DNA of 63,667 nt, filler included, from Octopus bimaculoides (taxonomy: Eukaryota): the NCBI RefSeq assembly GCF_001194135.2. It is 5 parts of 5 records of this genome, joined end to end, with 100 filler letters (N's around TTAATTAATTAA, not from the genome) between each part and the next. Parts side by side here need not be neighbours in the genome. Positions count along the whole stretch, not along the records: positions 50,698 to 62,401 come from NC_069005.1; positions 62,502 to 63,667 come from NW_026379555.1; 3 more parts are not named here. One strand, 5' to 3'. A program made the position numbers and the translations under genes. Every line of letters begins with the position of its first letter. The stretch's first letter is position 1. This document shows positions 50,871 through 63,667 of the stretch, in pieces. The notes below the pieces were generated by a model. It saw nothing but the letters and a program-made list of their open reading frames with translations, had not been told where the DNA came from and made no database searches.

Positions 50871-52040
50871 GTGTAAATATATATGTGTGTGTGTATGTAT
50901 ATGTGTGTGTTTAGGGGTGTTTGAGTGGGTGATTTTATGTGTGTGTGAGCGACTTTGGATTCATACTTGTGTTTGTCTCCCACCACCGCTTGACAACCGG
51001 TGATGGTTTGTTTACGCCACCCTCCCCACCTCCAAAAATAGCAGGTCAGCCAACGTGACCGATAAAATAAGTACCAAACTTTCACAAAAAAAAAAATTAA
51101 AAAGTAAATAAATAAATAAAAAATAAGTGAGGAGAACATCTGTTCGAGTAAACCCTTTAGAGGCTTACTCCAGTATGGCCGCAGTCACATGACTGAAACG
51201 ATTAAATGATAGACGATAAAAGATTTGAGATTTCTTTTTCAACTTTGCGTGTCTTATCTTCCATTATCCCATATCCACCATTACTAAACACCAAAACTTG
51301 GGAAGGCGCAATCCTGCAGATGATCTTTCAAAATACTAGAAATAGCAGCCAAAACTCCTTTGAATTATGCGTTAGCTTTTTCAATTAAAAAACGAAATGG
51401 ATGTAAAGGTTAAAATTTTGATTGTTTTTTAAAAATCTGTCTGAATGGTTACGTTTTGGTCCCACGGTAACTAGATAAGTAATTGTTTTTCGTTGAATAA
51501 GTATAAGAAAAACTTCGTTAGCACATCACTCTTTGCCTTTCTATCTCTCNNNNNNNNNNNNNNNNNNNNNNNNNNNNNNNNNNNNNNNNNNNNNNNNNNN
51601 NNNNNNNNNNNNNNNNNNNNNNNNNNNNNNNNNNNNNNNNNNNNNNNNNNNNNNNNNNNNNNNNNNNNNNNNNNNNNNNNNNNNNNNNNNNNNNNNNNNN
51701 NNNNNNNNNNNNNNNNNNNNNNNNNNNNNNNNNNNNNNNNNNNNNNNNNNNNNNNNNNNNNNNNNNNNNNNNNNNNNNNNNNNNNNNNNNNNNNNNNNNN
51801 NNNNNNNNNNNNNNNNNNNNNNNNNNNNNNNNNNNNNNNNNNNNNNNNNNNNNNNNNNNNNNNNNNNNNNNNNNNNNNNNNNNNNNNNNNNNNNNNNNNN
51901 NNNNNNNNNNNNNNNNNNNNNNNNNNNNNNNNNNNNNNNNNNNNNNNNNNNNNNNNNNNNNNNNNNNNNNNNNNNNNNNNNNNNNNNNNNNNNNNNNNNN
52001 NNNNNNNNNNNNNNNNNNNNNNNNNNNNNNNNNNNNNNNN

Positions 52041-52097
<57 letters not shown>

Positions 52098-53741
52098 GTG
52101 TATATATGTATATATATGTTTATATATATAAGTGTATATATGTATATATACATATACATTCGCATAAAAAATTTTAAAAAATCATCTCATAATACGCTGA
52201 CATGCTCCCCCGTCACATACACACGCACACAGTCATGCAAACACAAACAAATACACACACACACGCACTTTCACTAACACACACACACACACACACACAC
52301 ACATTCACATGCACACACACACACAAAAAAGAAATGTGTATACAAACGCACCCGCGTACACATGAGCATGTCATTGGGGGGACCCAACCACCACCCGATC
52401 ATTCACACTAAATTCTCTCTCAGCTTTCTTACTTGTCTATAGTTCTTCGTTCGTCTTCTTCGGTTCTTTTATTCCGTTGGTACCAAACATTCACGCTGCT
52501 TTTAACCAATTTATACTGGCGTGACGTCATCAACACACAGATTTGCCGAACGTTATAAAACCCACGCTTTCTTCGCCAAACCCGCCCAATGCGCGAATGC
52601 AACGTATATTGTCTGATTCGCTATACCTGTCACTTCCATAGCTTTTCTCGACATACTCCTCACACGCACGTACACACACATACACACATACACACACGGG
52701 CGCGCATTGTCACTGCTACTTCCTTGATATTTTAAACTTAGAAACACAAACATCGTCACAAGGTTTATTAAGAGTCAGTTTTGTTTGATAAGAATCAATT
52801 AGTTATGAATGACAAATATTAGTATAAGTTATGTGTGCGCGTATACGTGTGTGTGTGTACACAGACACACACAGACACACATATCTTTTGTGTCTTAACC
52901 TTTCCAGTTATGAAACTACGGGGCCAAGGGTCCGGTTACCGCCTAGAAGGGCTTAAGTCGAACGAATGGACCGACCCAAGTCCTATTTTTTTTTTTTTTT
53001 CACTTTTCAGGTCTCGTACTTATTCTATCGGTCAATTTTGCTGAACTCCTAACCAGCCAGGCCCAGTTGCTAAGCGTTGGTGGTTGACAAACACGAGTAG
53101 AAAGAAAGTAGCATACACATAGGTATATACATATACATACATAAAAACTTACATACATACTGACAGACAAATACATATACATATATATATACATATATAT
53201 ATATACATATACATATACATATATATATATACATATATATATACNNNNNNNNNNNNNNNNNNNNNNNNNNNNNNNNNNNNNNNNNNNNNNNNNNNNNNNN
53301 NNNNNNNNNNNNNNNNNNNNNNNNNNNNNNNNNNNNNNNNNNNNNNNNNNNNNNNNNNNNNNNNNNNNNNNNNNNNNNNNNNNNNNNNNNNNNNNNNNNN
53401 NNNNNNNNNNNNNNNNNNNNNNNNNNNNNNNNNNNNNNNNNNNNNNNNNNNNNNNNNNNNNNNNNNNNNNNNNNNNNNNNNNNNNNNNNNNNNNNNNNNN
53501 NNNNNNNNNNNNNNNNNNNNNNNNNNNNNNNNNNNNNNNNNNNNNNNNNNNNNNNNNNNNNNNNNNNNNNNNNNNNNNNNNNNNNNNNNNNNNNNNNNNN
53601 NNNNNNNNNNNNNNNNNNNNNNNNNNNNNNNNNNNNNNNNNNNNNNNNNNNNNNNNNNNNNNNNNNNNNNNNNNNNNNNNNNNNNNNNNNNNNNNNNNNN
53701 NNNNNNNNNNNNNNNNNNNNNNNNNNNNNNNNNNNNNNNNN

Positions 53742-53777
<36 letters not shown>

Positions 53778-54376
53778 GCAATTATACATAGAGGACTTCT
53801 TTCAGTTTCCGCGTAGCAAATCTACTCACAATGCTTTGGTCGGCCCCGGTACAATTTGCTATACAGTAGGATTGAACTCGAAAGCATTTCGTTGGGAAAC
53901 AAACTTCTTACCGCACAACCACGCCTGCGTCTTTGCACGCCGGTGTATCTGCGCGCGCACGCATGCCTGTGTGTGCACGCGTGCGCGTGCGCGTTTATGT
54001 GTGTCTGTGTCAGTTTGTAGTGGGCATCCTGGCCTGGGTGAGAAGCATATAACGCCCCGAAGATAAGTTATCGATTCGAATGACCCGCATCAAACGCAAG
54101 GTGTACTTACAGTTCGGATAGACCAACACTAGCTATGCTCTTAGTAGTTGTTGCTGATGTTGTTACTGTTACGATATTTTATTAATATATTTTCTCGTAC
54201 TGATATAGTATTTACCTCGGACAAATATGCAAACTTGTATACATACACAGACACACACACAGACTTATATTTTGAAACATGTATATGTATATACTTATTT
54301 ATTCATCTCTCTGTTTTTCCATTTAAAGTTTTGCAAACATAGCGACAATAATATACATCCATATATACATAAAATA

Positions 54377-54415
<39 letters not shown>

Positions 54416-55704
54416 NNNNNNNNNNNNNNNNNNNNNNNNNNNNNNNNNNNNNNNNNNNNNNNNNNNNNNNNNNNNNNNNNNNNNNNNNNNNNNNNNNNNN
54501 NNNNNNNNNNNNNNNNNNNNNNNNNNNNNNNNNNNNNNNNNNNNNNNNNNNNNNNNNNNNNNNNNNNNNNNNNNNNNNNNNNNNNNNNNNNNNNNNNNNN
54601 NNNNNNNNNNNNNNNNNNNNNNNNNNNNNNNNNNNNNNNNNNNNNNNNNNNNNNNNNNNNNNNNNNNNNNNNNNNNNNNNNNNNNNNNNNNNNNNNNNNN
54701 NNNNNNNNNNNNNNNNNNNNNNNNNNNNNNNNNNNNNNNNNNNNNNNNNNNNNNNNNNNNNNNNNNNNNNNNNNNNNNNNNNNNNNNNNNNNNNNNNNNN
54801 NNNNNNNNNNNNNNNNNNNNNNNNNNNNNNNNNNNNNNNNNNNNNNNNNNNNNNNNNNNNNNNNNNNNNNNNNNNNNNNNNNNNNNNNNNNNNNNNNNNN
54901 NNNNNNNNNNNNNNNNNNNNNNNNNNNNNNNNNNNNNNNNNNNNNNNNNNNNNNNNNNNNNNNNNNNNNNNNNNNNNNNNNNNNNNNNNNNNNNNNNNNN
55001 NNNNNNNNNNNNNNNNNNNNNNNNNNNNNNNNNNNNNNNNNNNNNNNNNNNNNNNNNNNNNNNNNNNNNNNNNNNNNNNNNNNNNNNNNNNNNNNNNNNN
55101 NNNNNNNNNNNNNNNNNNNNNNNNNNNNNNNNNNNNNNNNNNNNNNNNNNNNNNNNNNNNNNNNNNNNNNNNNNNNNNNNNNNNNNNNNNNNNNNATATA
55201 TATACATATACGTACATATATATATGTGTATGTATGTACGTATGTTTGTATATGTATCTGTATATATGTAGATCTCTCTTTCTCTCTACCTCTGTTTAAG
55301 ACAAGGGTCCTGGTTGATTCAAGGAAGGGCATAGCTTGCTCATGAGACTGGCGCGTAAGAGGTTGAGCACTCCACAGGTACGAGAATTGAGTGTGGATTC
55401 AGTGCGACCACAGCATGTGGCCCTCTTAAATTATAGTCACAAATCACTTTTGCCAGTTGTGTGACCTGCAGCATCGTGAAATAAAGTTTTTCTCAATGAC
55501 AGAAAAACGTCGCCGGGAATCGAACTGATCAACCTAACCACTAAAACACGCGCCTGAATAGAAAAGTATATCCATACATTTGTATATTCAACCATGCATA
55601 CATGAATACATAACATTCTTTTTGATAATCATATTATTTATCCGAAGATGACTCTACATTTATGTATATGTGTATGTGCGTGTGTATATTTTTTTTTCTT
55701 TTAT

Positions 55705-56045
55705 TTGTTTCAATCATTTGACTGCGGCCGTGCTGGAGCACCGCCTTTAGTCAAACACATCGACCTCAAGTCTTATTCTTTGTAAACTCAGTACATATTC
55801 TATCGGGCTCTTTTGCCGAACCGCTACGGTACGGGTACGTAAACACCATCACACGCACACAGACACACACATTGTGTGTGTGTGACGGGCTTTGTTCAGT
55901 TTCCGTCCGTCAAATCCACTCACAAGGCTCTGGTCGGTCCGAAGCTACACTAGAAGACATTCGGCGAAGGTGCCACGCAGTGGGACTGAATCCAGAACTA
56001 TGTGGTTGGTAAGCAAGCTACTCACCACACAGCCATTCCTGCGCC
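55705..56045 (-). mobile_element. SINE family A, most complete copy
   Basis: Reverse complement has a tRNA-like head (ggctgtgtggtgagtagc..tggattcagtccc), a central block and the 3' block. Confidence 0.88.
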
Positions 56046-57313
56046 TATATACNNNNNNNNNNNNNNNNNNNNNNNNNNNNNNNNNNNNNNNNNNNNNNNN
56101 NNNNNNNNNNNNNNNNNNNNNNNNNNNNNNNNNNNNNNNNNNNNNNNNNNNNNNNNNNNNNNNNNNNNNNNNNNNNNNNNNNNNNNNNNNNNNNNNNNNN
56201 NNNNNNNNNNNNNNNNNNNNNNNNNNNNNNNNNNNNNNNNNNNNNNNNNNNNNNNNNNNNNNNNNNNNNNNNNNNNNNNNNNNNNNNNNNNNNNNNNNNN
56301 NNNNNNNNNNNNNNNNNNNNNNNNNNNNNNNNNNNNNNNNNNNNNNNNNNNNNNNNNNNNNNNNNNNNNNNNNNNNNNNNNNNNNNNNNNNNNNNNNNNN
56401 NNNNNNNNNNNNNNNNNNNNNNNNNNNNNNNNNNNNNNNNNNNNNNNNNNNNNNNNNNNNNNNNNNNNNNNNNNNNNNNNNNNNNNNNNNNNNNNNNNNN
56501 NNNNNNNNNNNNNNNNNNNNNNNNNNNNNNNNNNNNNNNNNNNNNNNNNNNNNNNNNNNNNNNNNNNNNNNNNNNNNNNNNNNNNNNNNNNNNNNNNNNN
56601 NNNNNNNNNNNNNNNNNNNNNNNNNNNNNNNNNNNNNNNNNATATATATGTCTGTCTGTATGTATGTATAGATTGTACATATTTAATATGCCGGCTCATG
56701 GCCAGCAATTTGGTCCGAGTGGGAGGGAGTAAGCCAATTTCGTTGACACTCGTATTAAACTGGTACTATTTTAGTTACCCCGAAACGATGAAAGACAAAG
56801 TCGACCTCGGCAGAATTTATATGTTAAGAAGAAGGAGTACCTATTATTTCATAACACGTGTGTGTGTGTATGTACGTGTGTGTGTGTGTGTGTGTGTGGT
56901 GAGTATCTCCTTGAGGGCGTTTACATTAAATAGTCCCTTACAGAGACATAGACATTGCTGTACCAACACACATACACATACGCACACACACACACATACA
57001 CACTACATACATATGCAGACAGATATATACAAACACGCATATACTCACATAGATACACTTATACACACACCCCGCAATCACACACAAAATCGAACACACA
57101 ATCACATACACACCGACACGCGCATACACTACATGCCAATAATTCACGCATAAACGCCAATAATTCTGGTCACTGAACTATTCCCTGATTGGCCTCCAAC
57201 GCTTAAGTGAAGGCGTATTAATGTTGCTGAAGGCAGGTGTGACAAGCATCAAGTTTTAAGACAAATCAAAGAAGGAATTTAATTCAAAACGATAAAACGT
57301 ACAGATTCGCGTG

Positions 57314-57350
<37 letters not shown>

Positions 57351-58779
57351 ACACAAGCATACATACACGCATAGGCATACATAGGCAAATATAAAGAAAC
57401 GTATACATACTCACCACCTACAAACACCTACACGTTGTTCCCTGTTCCCCCTCTCTCTTCCGCTATTTTTCTCTCTCTCCTTCTCTCCTCTATGTTTCTT
57501 TNNNNNNNNNNNNNNNNNNNNNNNNNNNNNNNNNNNNNNNNNNNNNNNNNNNNNNNNNNNNNNNNNNNNNNNNNNNNNNNNNNNNNNNNNNNNNNNNNNN
57601 NNNNNNNNNNNNNNNNNNNNNNNNNNNNNNNNNNNNNNNNNNNNNNNNNNNNNNNNNNNNNNNNNNNNNNNNNNNNNNNNNNNNNNNNNNNNNNNNNNNN
57701 NNNNNNNNNNNNNNNNNNNNNNNNNNNNNNNNNNNNNNNNNNNNNNNNNNNNNNNNNNNNNNNNNNNNNNNNNNNNNNNNNNNNNNNNNNNNNNNNNNNN
57801 NNNNNNNNNNNNNNNNNNNNNNNNNNNNNNNNNNNNNNNNNNNNNNNNNNNNNNNNNNNNNNNNNNNNNNNNNNNNNNNNNNNNNNNNNNNNNNNNNNNN
57901 NNNNNNNNNNNNNNNNNNNNNNNNNNNNNNNNNNNNNNNNNNNNNNNNNNNNNNNNNNNNNNNNNNNNNNNNNNNNNNNNNNNNNNNNNNNNNNNNNNNN
58001 NNNNNNNNNNNNNNNNNNNNNNNNNNNNNNNNNNNNNNNNNNNNNNNNNNNNNNNNNNNNNNNNNNNNNNNNNNNNNNNNNNNNNNNNNNNNNNNNNNNN
58101 NNNNNNNNNNNNNNNNNNNNNNNNNNNNNNNNNNNNNNNNNNNNNNNNNNNNNNNNNNNNNNNNNNNNNNNNNNNNNNNNNNNNNNNNNNNNNNNNNNNN
58201 NNNNNNNNNNNNNNNNNNNNNNNNNNNNNNNNNNNNNNNNNNNNNNNNNNNNNNNNNNNNNNNNNNNNNNNNNNNNNNNNNNNNNNNNNNNNNNNNNNNN
58301 NNNNNNNNNNNNNNNNNNNNNNNNNNNNNNNNNNNNNNNNNNNNNNNNNNNNNNNNNNNNNNNNNNNNNNNNNNNNNNNNNNNNNNNNNNNNNNNNNNNN
58401 NNNNNNNNNNNNNNNNNNNNNNNNNNNNNNNNNNNNNNNNNNNNNNNNNNNNNNNNNNNNNNNTATATATGCATGTATCTGTATATAGCTTTATATGTAT
58501 ATATATGTGTGTGTATATGTATAACTATTTATGAATGTATGTATGTATGTATCTTTCTATCTATCTATCTATATATATACATGTATATGTATATAAATGC
58601 AAGTAATAATATTAACAGTTCTTTCTACTAGGACTGACATGTATGTGGAAGACAAGTCGATTACATCGACACCAGTGCACAACTGGTATTTATTTTACCG
58701 ACCCCAAAAGGATAAATGACAAAGCTGACATAATCATAATAATAATAATAATTATATCTTTTCTTATTTTTTTTATTTA

Positions 58780-58990
58780 TTGCTCACGGGGGGCTAAACA
58801 TAGAGGGGACAAACAAGGACAGAGAAAAGGATTAAGCCGATTACATGGATCCAGTCCGTAACTGGCACTTATTCAATTGACCCCGAAAGAATGAAAGGCA
58901 AAGTCGACCTCGGCGGAATTTGAACTCAGAACGTAACGGCAGACGAAATACCGCTAAGCATTTCGCCCGGCGTGCTACCGTTTCTCCCAG
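58780..58990 (-). mobile_element. SINE family B, full length, with a LINE-like 3' tail
   Basis: Head ggcggcgagctgggagaaacgg..gagttcaaattcc; tail ctatgtttagccccccgtgagcaataa matches the tail of 8655-9577. Confidence 0.88.
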
Positions 58991-59119
58991 CTCGCCGCCT
59001 GTATGTATGTATCTGTGTGTCTACGTGTATACCATTGTTTTTCCCGTTTCGCCGCTTCACAAACCATGTCGGTGAGTTTATGCCAGCACTACGGAATGAT
59101 ACCAGCAAAAACGATAATG

Positions 59120-59335
59120 TAGGCATATCCCGAAAATTGTTCAGGAAACAACAAGGCAAATATACTCTGGGATATGCCAATAGCCACAGATTGAGAGATC
59201 AAGGCTAATAGGTCAGATACTGTCGTCAGGGATCACCAAGAAAAACAATGTATCTTCTAATCGACAGATGACAATGTACCTGTAAAAAACACAAGGAAAT
59301 TCTCGAGATATAAAGATCTTGAAATAGAGATAGCA
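59120..59335 (+). mobile_element. R4/Dong-like REL fragment
   Basis: ctgggatatgccaata..acaga..gagatcaaggctaatag..aaagatcttgaaatagag closely matches 32300-32480. Confidence 0.75.
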
Positions 59336-59614
59336 CAACATTCCCACTAAACAAGAAGCTAGTCCGTCGTAGAAGTAATCATTTACGGCTGAGTTGTCAC
59401 GAGTAAATTGAAATGGTGTGTTTTGCTGAAGATCACGACACATCATCTGATCCGGCAATCAAAACCCCGATAAGGAGTCCAACCCCACTATAACCACCTT
59501 CAGTAGTTCACCCGCCTTCTCAGAAAATAATGGGCCCGAACAAATACCTCAGTACCATTTATTCAGACAAGTATACCAATCCTCTAACAATTACACCAAT
59601 CCTCTATCCTTATA

Positions 59615-60830
59615 TTTCTAAATGATAATGATGATGATGATGGTGATAGTGGTGATGGTGGCCGTGGTGATGGCGGTGGAGGTGGTCGTGGTGCTGCTGA
59701 TGTGGCTAGTATGTGTCGTCGAAGTTGTCGTCGTCGTCGTCGTGATCATCATCATTATCATCGTTGTCTTCGTCATCAGCACCACCATCTTTGTCTTCAT
59801 CAACAACAACATTGGAATCATCGCATCAACATCATCGCCATCATCATCACCATTCCCAGTCATCATCAAGCTAATGGAGAATGTGAACACGTGCGCAACA
59901 TCGTCGCTCGACCTGCTAGAAATCCTGGAGGAGAAGTTTAAAGGCAATTTAAAAAAGGGGTTTCTAGGAAATATTTGATCCCTTCCCACCCATTATTGAC
60001 TCTTACTGTCTGAAAACATCATTCGTCGATGTGCGCCTGAGCGAAGCGCACAGTGTCTGAAAGATAGGACACGATGGTCACGGTTGGGATACACTTGATC
60101 ATAGCTCTGATCGATCTGTGCTGGCTCAGAGGATCATTATCATCATCATCTTCATCATCGCAATCCTCTACCTCCTCCACATCATCACGTTACTATCAGC
60201 ATCATCATCGCTATTATAATTATCCTCCATATCAACATCGTGATCATATTCATCAACAGCAGCATCATGGTCATCATGGACACCATGATCATCATCATTA
60301 TCATCATCACCATCATCATTATCCTCATCATCGTCACACTGACCATCAAAACCATCGTCATTATCGCCGTCGTTGTCGTTGTGAAGAGCAATTATAACAG
60401 CAACAATGGCAATAACATTGTTGTTTATCAGCGCGCTTCGTCAATACTTGCTCATGAACGTCATCAATCACAGTTCTCGCATCATTTGCTGTCATCACTC
60501 ACTCCGTTGAGATGATTTAAAGAGACAAAAATCGCAATCTCAGAAATCATCCTCATCATCACGACCACCACCTACTACCACCACCATCATCATCATCATC
60601 ATCATCGTCATCATTGTTATCCTCCTCATCATCATTCCCATCTTCGTTACCGCCGCAAGTATTAACAGCACCACGACCAGCAGCGCCTCCACCACATATA
60701 ACACTACCTTCAGCACAAACACAGCACGTCGCCGCTACATTCGCCTTCTGTACAGTCCCACACATTATCACCACCACCACCATCACCACCACCACCACCA
60801 CCACCACCACCACCATCGCCTTCATCGCTT
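59615..60830. repeat. Low-complexity (CAT/CAC/GAT)n tracts
   Basis: Interspersed trinucleotide runs that generate spurious poly-M/H/I/T ORFs. Confidence 0.85.
59860..59943 (+). CDS. Candidate 84-nt symmetric exon (IIKLMENVNTCATSSLDLLEILEEKFK)
   Basis: cattcccag acceptor, AAG|GCAATT (GC-type) donor, high GC3 codons. The minus strand also has a strong acceptor at 59925, so the strand is ambiguous. Confidence 0.25.
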
Positions 60831-62289
60831 CCCCCAATTTAACCTTTTTTTACTCACCACGCATTTCAACGCGCCAGTTCGTTCAGCCTTGCTAGTGTTT
60901 AGCTCCTACAGTCTTTGTTGACCTTTCACTTATTATTTTATCTCAAGTAATTAATTTTTTTTAAAAACTTTTATTTGGCAGAATCGTTTGAGCATTTGCA
61001 AAATTATGAAGGCTCTGTGGTATCTGTTCAAGCTAAATGACGTTCAGGTTTCAAGTTTCACCGCACTCAACACTGCCTTACAACCACCTTTCAGGGCAGT
61101 CTTTAAAAGTCTGTTACCCAACTGCTTTGTACTCCAGGATTCAAAGAGCAGGTTTCCTAGTTTCTAGAGCAGGAAGCCAGTTCGTCTCTACATTTAGTCA
61201 TTAATAGCTGAGTTAATTAAAACAACGTAAAATAAAATGGTTTGCTTAAAGACACAACGCACTACAACGTCCGGAAATCGGAACTGTGGTCGTGAGGACA
61301 ACGCACCCACAATGTCACGCCCTTTCACGATTCTGTCATTCCATAGCTTCATATAGATTCCACACATAGTCTACAAATCTGACAGCAAGTTTTCGACAAT
61401 CATATTTAACGAGTACTTCTCCATCGACACGAAAAGCAAATTTAACCTCGTAACTTAGAAATTAAATGGCCGTAGTAAAAAAAATTCACTAGGTATATTT
61501 GTCCTACGCTCTAACTGTTCTATCAGTCCGTCATCATTGATAATCTGTAGGCAAGAAGGCACACGTTGTCAGGGGAAGACAACATCAATTATATGGGCCC
61601 AATGCGTAACTGGGTACTATATTCTAAACACTTCTGGACAGATGGACGACAAACCTAACATACGCGATATGTTTGCATACTTTCGTGTCAACGTTTATCA
61701 TACCACCGTCGCTTAACAACCGGTGATCGCATGCTTAAGTCCTAGTAACATAGCGGTTCGGCAAAAGATATATCGATCGAATAAATATTAGACTTTAAAA
61801 CTGTCAGAACTACTAGGGTCGATTTTTTTGACTAATAAGATCCTGAAAGTAGTGCTCCAGTTTAGCTACAATCCAATGATTGTAACAAAAAAGATAAAAC
61901 ATAAAATGTGGGAGTGGTTTCACATCAAACCAAAATAGGTACCCCTTTATACCAAAATTAATTTTCAGCCACATTTTACACATTATGCCAACCACCTTCC
62001 TCAATAATAATTATATCCTACATAGTTCAAAGAGTAAGCACTCGATGATATCTTATCGACTAATAAACTGGTATGTTCTTCCACCGTCTCCAGAAGTGTG
62101 AAGTACAAAATAAAGCAACAAGCTATTTGAACACACAACCCAACGCCTAGAATTACAGGATAGTTATTATAACCGTAGCAATCATAATTTGCAGATGAAA
62201 TGCGCAAAAGTCATGGGCATGTAACCGGAAACCAGTCAATAAATTTAATCTATTGAAGATTCATTAATATTAAATATCAATAGTATATC

Positions 62290-62401
<112 letters not shown>

Positions 62402-63667
62402 NNNNNNNNNNNNNNNNNNNNNNNNNNNNNNNNNNNNNNNNNNNNTTAATTAATTAANNNNNNNNNNNNNNNNNNNNNNNNNNNNNNNNNNNNNNNNNNN
62501 NATAGACGGCATAATGCTGTAGACGGGACGCAGTACCTGCGCAGGTGAGTGTACATCCTGATGGCATATTCCATCCGTTGCATTGTTTACTATCAATAAT
62601 TATTAGTCTTTTCTAATGAAAATATGCGATTCTATCGTATCCGTTACTGAACACGGCGGCAAAAGAGACATAAACGCGCTTTTAGCGATTCACAAAGCTG
62701 GTAATTTTGTATTCACACCGTTTACCGTAATTTGCGGTGAAATTGCTGTTAGAAGATGATATACATGACAAGCATGAAAGAATTTAACATAAATTTTGTC
62801 AAAATCCAAAGTTTTTGTGTATCTTACAAGTTCTGTGAGCTCAGAAATTTTAGCCAAGGAGTGATTACGTCTAAAGAGTGTCTACTGACCTAATGGATAC
62901 TTTTACTTAAAACTATATATATTTTCATTCCTTTCTGTTAACTGAAAAATATAACTTTATAATACATAAAGTTTATCAGAACATAAACTTTATCAGAAAG
63001 AAATTACAAATATATAGCTTGAAATGTATTCGTGATTAAATTTGATTAGACGAAGTTTTATTTAAATTATATACTAATGTTAAATGTATTTGCGGCTGAA
63101 TGTTTGCTTGACTTTCACAATAAGACATAAATTAACAAGATATAAAATCTGCTTCGTATAATATCATGTCGCCTTCATATCTCTCTCCATATTCGAACAA
63201 GTTATACACTTCTCAATATCTTGATTTTGAATTAGAATATATAGATACATAATGAATTTAAAATTCATATTTGTAAACGGCAAATATAAAAAAAATTACA
63301 GACATTAAATGGTCTCTATAAGGATTATTTTTACAATAAAATAATATACTTTGAATGCATAGTTGCAGGATATTTTTAGTGCTTCACAATACGTTTATTC
63401 AATAATAAACATAGGATAACAGCAAAATATTGGCAGAAAACGTCTGTTCCAACAAATATTCGAATAAAAAGCTCACGCATATATATTCGGTTTAACTATA
63501 GACATTTTATATTGAAATAGATATTATTTAAAAATTTAGTTCATGAAATATATGTACAAATTTTGCCATAAAGAAATCTTTTGACATTCATAAAAAAACA
63601 CTCATAAGAAAATAACACACTTATACTTATGTATGTGTGCTTATATATATATATATATATATATATA

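Overview
AT-rich eukaryotic genomic DNA, crowded with microsatellites and N-gaps. The SINE families and overall style suggest an octopus (coleoid cephalopod) draft scaffold; that assignment is inference, not a database result. No intact long gene, rRNA, tRNA gene or CRISPR array is visible, and most long ORFs in the track are artefacts of N-gaps or simple repeats. The best-supported non-TE features are two decayed alpha-tubulin pseudogenes in head-to-head orientation: about 6290-7590 on the minus strand, with intron remnants, and about 14680-15799 on the plus strand, ending in a Tyr codon and TAA. Both appear only in fragments in the ORF track. Transposon content includes a dead Gypsy pol, a mariner relic, several R4/NeSL-type (REL endonuclease) and RTE LINE fragments, two gag-like ORF1 relics, Penelope-like termini with hammerhead-like cores, MITE/foldback elements and many tRNA-derived SINEs, with several nested insertions. 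Weaker candidates are short spliced exons (including an 18-nt microexon), RFX X-box/CCAAT promoter motifs and a GC-rich motif cluster at 26.1-26.4 kb. All alignments were done by eye from recalled family consensus sequences, and boundaries of decayed elements are approximate.
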